Shown here: in pieces, positions 59,001-64,000 of the stretch | Numbering within the stretch: position 1 is the stretch's first letter | Layout of the letters: the number at the start of each line of letters is the position of its first letter | DNA from: Phoronis australis | Lineage: Eukaryota > Animalia > Phoronida | Direction: 5' to 3' | NCBI GenBank assembly: GCA_002633005.1 | Contig: NMRA01000389.1 | Coordinates: 1-64,000, forward strand | DNA: 64,000 nt | The notes under the pieces: model-generated | Told to the model about the DNA's origin: nothing | The model's input: only the letters and a program-made list of their open reading frames with translations | Databases searched by the model: none | Made by a program: the position numbers and the translations under genes

Positions 59001-62000
59001 CTTGTTTAAGCTTTGTTGTGTCTGAACAATGTTTTTCACATTTTCAATTTTTAGCGCATCCGTAATGCATTCTGATTATTTAATCTTATACACAAGGTTT
59101 TAGAAATGTAGGTTGAATGGTTTGATAACTTATTGAGAACTTGTGCAAGCAAATGCTTAGCCTGCACTAAAAAGTTTAACATTTGCATAGCGCAAGGCAG
59201 CTTATTGCCCTCGAACATTTATCATATCCTACATACCACATGAAAAATTTCTAACTTGACGGTTGAACTACAATCACAACAAACGTCGCAGTACCATCTT
59301 CGTTCAGAAAGTGTCAACATTTCTAACACAATATAAAACCCATTAGAAAGAAAATTTTGAATAACACTGCTGAGACATCACTTGGGTCTTGTAATGGGTG
59401 TGCATGTCAACACAGGAAGGATCCACCAATACCTTCACCTTGCACTCATTTTCACAAAACCAGTTGACCTAAACGCAACCGAAATGCCATTATACTGTAG
59501 TTGTATGTTTTAAACATGTTAAGTTTAATTGTGTGATTGCTGACATATGTTCAACTTCAAAGGGGGTTACTCGTACATTCTAGGTTTGTTGGATATCTGT
59601 CTGGATGTATTAGTAACCTGCAAGTAACATTTGTGTAAACGTGTGTCAGTGATCACGTAATGTGCCTAAAACTTATGTGAGATGCATGAGCCATACGCTG
59701 TCAGGTAATTGTCACTTACAGAGATACTAAATTTTGAGAACCATTTTTCTCCACTGAATAATGGGCACCAAACTGGTTCTCACAATCTGGGAGCCCTTTA
59801 AGTGGCTATTGCCAAACCGTGCTTGATGTACTTGTAGCGTATACACAACATGCTCATAACCTATCCAATGTTAAGCCAGTGTATTCAAATTTTCCTTACC
59901 TCAGTACCTTGGTCGAATACAGGATGTGAGAGCACCTTTGCTAAGTAGGTTGCATTTTATCTTTAGATGCTGGCAAGTCGACTATTGGTGGTCACATTAT
60001 GTTTTTAACTGGTCAAGTGGATAAACGAACGCTAGAGAAATATGAACGAGAAGCTAAGGAGAAGAACAGAGAAACATGGTAAGAATCTACCAGAACCTGT
60101 GCTTTAAGATGTCAGGTGGTTTGTGTCATGTTAGTCTTATTTTTTTAGGAAGCGGCTTATTTAGCAACAATCTTGAACCCTCTTTTTCTATCGCAAGGGT
60201 AGATTTGCATGATTGAGAATCTGTAATTTGGTTAAGATCACTGAAGTAATCGCAAATTGTTTATTTACTTCTAATAAATATTTAACTTCATGGACTTTAT
60301 AGGTATTTGTCCTGGGCACTTGATACGAATCCAGAAGAAAGGGATAAAGGCAAGACTGTTGAAGTTGGAAGAGCCAAGTTTGAAACGGAAGACAAACATT
60401 TCACCATCTTGGATGCACCTGGCCACAAAAGCTTTGTACCTAACATGATCGCTGGAGTGTCACAAGCTGATTTAGCTGTGCTTGTAAGGGATTACTGCAC
60501 TAGAGTTTACTGTTATTTTGTGCTTGTAAATGGCAGTTTGCGAGTACCTTTCTTGTTTTTAAATAACCCATTAGATCTACTTGAATATATGGTTTTTGTT
60601 TTGGAATAATGTCTAGCTCATTTTCTCCATTTTTTTTCGTCTCCAAAACAGTGGCTTGTTTCAGGTATTCGTTTGTAACAGCAACTCAACCAAGTTGTAG
60701 TTTCTTTTCATGTTGTAGCTCGTTGGCCAATTGTTATTTTAGGTAATATCAGCTAGGAAAGGAGAATTTGAGACTGGCTTCGAACGTGGCGGGCAAACAA
60801 GAGAGCACGCATTGATAGCTAAGACAGGAGGTGTCAGGCATCTTATAGTACTGGTGAATAAAATGGACGACCCAACTGTGCAGTGGTCTGAGACAAGGTG
60901 GGGTTGCATTCTTTTGACTTTATAATTGGTATTAGAGGGCTTGGAATTTTCCGCGGAAATCCGGATTTCTTTTTTTTTCAAATGTTCTGTCCCCATATTT
61001 TATTATATTTCTGCGTAAAAAAAATCAGATTTGATATAAAATTTCTGCGGCAAATTTCTTGCCGCGGCATTGCCGACGACTTTCACCTCGAAAAGCGGAA
61101 GTTGCTCTTTATGTTTCGGAGGAATGTAAATTGCCATCATTGCCAGGGCACCTGGGATAGCGTGGTTTTCTTCAATGGCGTCTCGTAAGATTGTAAGTTG
61201 CGGTGACAAATACTACGACTGCAGTCAAAATGTGTGTAGGTGGGAGTGGACAGACGAGCTAAAAAGACGCAGACGCACGCTTCTGGAGGTGGTACCTTTT
61301 TTTGTAGTCCTGATGTTTTGTCGGCAAAAGGTCCGCATCAGCCAGGGTCATTCCAAGCCCTGGTATTAACTTGTAATCCTTGTTGTATAAAGCAAAGGTT
61401 TTTAAACAGCCTTGGAATTAACAATTCGACAATAATAATAGCTTTTTCTGATAACTGATAGGTTTTCCAAAAAACAAATGTATGCTTGTTACCATTTTAG
61501 GTACGAAGAAGTAAAGAACAAGCTGACACCATACCTGAAGAAGTTGGGCTTTAATCCCAAGACAGACATAACGTACATGCCGGCATCAGGCCTGTCTGGT
61601 GCATTTCTCAAAGAACCAGCCTCCACAACTGTATGTCCTTGGTACAGGTAAGAGTGTGAAGGCAGATGAAACTCCGTATTATTAGTTGACACATTCATAA
61701 ACTCAGTGCATGATATCCATTGAATTGTCTTGGTGTATTTTTGTTCTGTAGCGATGCGAAAATTCACAGCCTGTGACGAAGTGTAGTTCAGTTCTCATAT
61801 GTACAAAGGTAGTTTAACATTAAAAACAAGTAGAGGCTACGATTCATTCATAATAAACAAAAAAAGGTCAAGACCTTGTTAGCGCTCTATAAATTCACCA
61901 TACTTCGTTTTGTTTATATATATGTATATGTATATACATATTTTATATATATCGTTGAGTGGAAATGTACAATGTAACTTCCTTTTTAAGCAGTGGAAGG

Positions 62001-63991
62001 CAGGGATTTTTGCACTTCAGCCTTTGTTTATAAATGTAGTACTTGCCTAGGCAAAGAACCATACTTTGTAAAACCGCTTCCACCTGAACACCAAACTGAA
62101 CTGAATGTTAGGACAGTTCTAAACCATGTCCAACAGCATCTACCAGCCAGTTATTAACATTAGTTCAAAACTGTTGAGTAACATTACATAACCCTTACAC
62201 ATTAACAATAGATTCACTTTCATCTATGCAAAATGTGCAGAATGAGGTATTTATTATGCCAATCTTGTATAAAAATTCATTACAGCTTACAACTCTGTGA
62301 ACCAGCCTAAACTAGAATTATCTTAGAGAACCCTCATTGGTGAATGAATAGATGTAGGAAAAAACATTGTACCACCATTGTGTAGTATACAAGAAATTTA
62401 ATTTTTCACTCCACTTCATTTGAAACTTTATTTTTTTGCAATTTTGAGAGACAATAAATTTTATTTACTCCTTTGACATCTCCCAAAATAACTTCAATGT
62501 ATCATGGACGACATGGTAAAACTACTTAATGTTTTCCTTCTCTGAGATGACTCCGGTTAGAATATGAGCTTCGTAGACCATAAAATAAAGTTACTTGAGG
62601 GGTAAAGTCAAATTTCTGTTTAAACTTCTCATAATTAAGGAAACAGCCATTAGAATTAAATAAGTCGTGTACATGAGTTATGCCATTTTGAAACCACAGG
62701 CTTGTTATCTATTATATATTCGAACTAAATCACAGAGGCTAGTGTATACCATCGTTTTCAGGTTCTAACAATTTGAATTTATATACACATTGAAAGACCT
62801 CTTTCCAAAACACATTAGAAGTCATTTGGGACATCTTTATAAAATAGATATCCCGAATAGTAATTCTTTGAAACCTCAAAAACAGACCATTTGCTAAAAC
62901 TGCCCATGGACTTGTAGTACTTTGACAAAATAGTCTATGAAACCAAGTTAATTTAATGGCTTTCATAAAAGAAGTGATGTCATTCATTCTGGTTTTACCA
63001 ACATTATACTATTGAGCAGTAGTCTTGTGACAAATTTTTTCTGTGTTGCCGTTCCATACAAAATAGTAGAACATTTTGTTCAGTTGCTTCAGGAAGGCAT
63101 GTGAAGAGGACAAGAGACTTACAAAAAGATGTATAAGTTTTGGCATAATCATGGATGTCACAATTGTTACTCTTCCAAAAAGTGTCAAGTTCGTTTCTCC
63201 CCAAATGTCTATAGCCTTCTTTATTTCACTAAGCTTGCTGCTAAAATTAATGTCGAGAATTCTATTTAAATCAATGGAGAATTGAATACCCTGTAAAGTG
63301 ACTTCTGATGTTGCCCATTTCAGTTTTATATCACAACACGTTTTTTGATAGGTTCCCCTCATAGAACCTATCCAAATACAAATCGTTTTTTCCATATTAA
63401 GCTTTAGACCAGAATATTTTGCAAATTGGTTTAAAATGTGAAGTGTTTTCCCGCAGAGACTGCTCCGAGTCATCTAAAGATACAAACGTATCTACATGCA
63501 TCAGTTTGTATTCCAAGGATCTGACTGGGATTCCCGTAACACTGTTGTCTAATCTAAAAATCCAGCCCTTAATCTCTGCACTTAGAATAAAAAGGTATGG
63601 TGATAATGGATCACCTTGCCTGCAACCATGCCCTATGTCGAAAAAGTTAGATGTGACACCATTTTGTACAACACATTGCTCTGCTCCTCCATTTAGTATA
63701 TGGACCTTTTTTCATTGAGTCACTAAAATTAACAAAATTTGGAACTTTGTTAATAAAAGACCAAGACAAGGAGTCGAACTCCTTTTCGAAGTCCACCAGT
63801 ACAAGCTAACCCAGTTTATTAAACATACATGTTCTTTGCTGTTGTGTGGTTCTTTGTTGTGATATGGACATGGTCTAAATTTTAAGTATTTTTTCAGGGG
63901 TCCCTGTTTCTTAGATTATTTAAATTGTCTCCCATCATTCAACCGACCAAGGGACAGTGCGCTACGAATTCCTATTGTGGACAAATACAAG
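53099..63991 (+). CDS. GSPT1: Eukaryotic peptide chain release factor GTP-binding subunit eRF3, 5' 8 exons; continues beyond the window
   Basis: Exons 53099-53294, 57995-58045, 58533-58727, 59967-60078, 60303-60483, 60743-60897, 61501-61647, 63898-63991 join in frame. Tandem PAM2 motifs [21 protein letters not shown]; G1 GHVDAGKST; [19 protein letters not shown]; GKTVEVGRA; [12 protein letters not shown]; [19 protein letters not shown]; NKMD. Confidence 0.96.
53550..54280. mobile_element. Non-autonomous TIR element in eRF3 intron 1
   Basis: ~95-bp imperfect inverted arms: gattttggtaccgttcgattcctcgcaacgttatctttcca / tggaaagaaaacgttgcaaggaatcgaacgataccaaaatc. Confidence 0.6.
54660..55110 (+). 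repeat. Degenerate minisatellite (ggaataatagtatagaccggaaattt-like units)
   Basis: Recurrent aataat(a/g)gt(at/gc)a and aaattt units across ~450 bp. Confidence 0.65.
56063..56578 (+). mobile_element. hAT-like MITE family A, copy 2; 6-bp TSD
   Basis: TIR cagggcttggaat / attccaagccctg; CAAGTT duplicated at 56057-56062 and 56579-56584. Confidence 0.88.
60935..61362 (+). mobile_element. hAT-like MITE family A, copy 3 (diverged, internally shorter); 6-bp TSD
   Basis: gagggcttggaat...attccaagccctg; GTATTA duplicated at 60929-60934 and 61363-61368. Confidence 0.85.
62330..63820 (-). mobile_element. Decayed 5'-truncated L1/Tx1-clade LINE, reverse transcriptase region, in eRF3 intron 7
   Basis: Minus-strand fragments [86 protein letters not shown]-like FVWNG; many frameshifts and stops; YADD motif not intact. 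Confidence 0.88.
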
Positions 63992-64000
63992 GTAAGTTTC

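Noticed and set aside
62739-63718. Functional reverse transcriptase (retron or DGR-like system)
   Set aside because: Multiply frameshifted L1/Tx1 LINE fragment without an intact YADD motif, lying in an intron.
53295-63897. Intronic snoRNAs or tRNAs in eRF3 and the other housekeeping genes
   Set aside because: No convincing C/D box pair with terminal stem, H/ACA fold or cloverleaf found by eye; an Infernal/tRNAscan run is needed to exclude them.

Overview
Intron-rich, AT-rich animal genomic scaffold (invertebrate-like by repeat content; the taxon cannot be fixed from sequence alone) with three N-gaps. It is not prokaryotic, so almost all ORFs in the track are spurious or single exons. Hand splicing gives five genes: the 5' end of an aldo-keto reductase (-, runs off the left edge), Rho GDP-dissociation inhibitor (-, 4 coding exons, 202 aa), ferredoxin/adrenodoxin reductase FDXR (+, 12 coding exons, 479 aa), the U1 snRNP-associated splicing factor LUC7L3 (-, 10 coding exons, 410 aa) and, head-to-head with it, eRF3/GSPT (+, 8 exons, runs off the right edge). 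Non-coding DNA holds many transposons: a 5.9-kb Academ-like element with ~1.2-kb tandemly repetitive TIRs carrying a nested Kolobok-like THAP element and a MITE, a Helentron/HINE-like element whose ~150-bp repeats each carry a CTCF-like motif, hAT-like MITEs with 5- and 6-bp TSDs, Harbinger-like MITEs and a decayed L1/Tx1 LINE. Top leads: a candidate poison/cassette-exon module in LUC7L3 intron 5 containing a U1-5'-end-like sequence able to pair with its own 5' splice site, the TE-borne CTCF-like motif array, and the Kolobok derivative built from two 5' ends.
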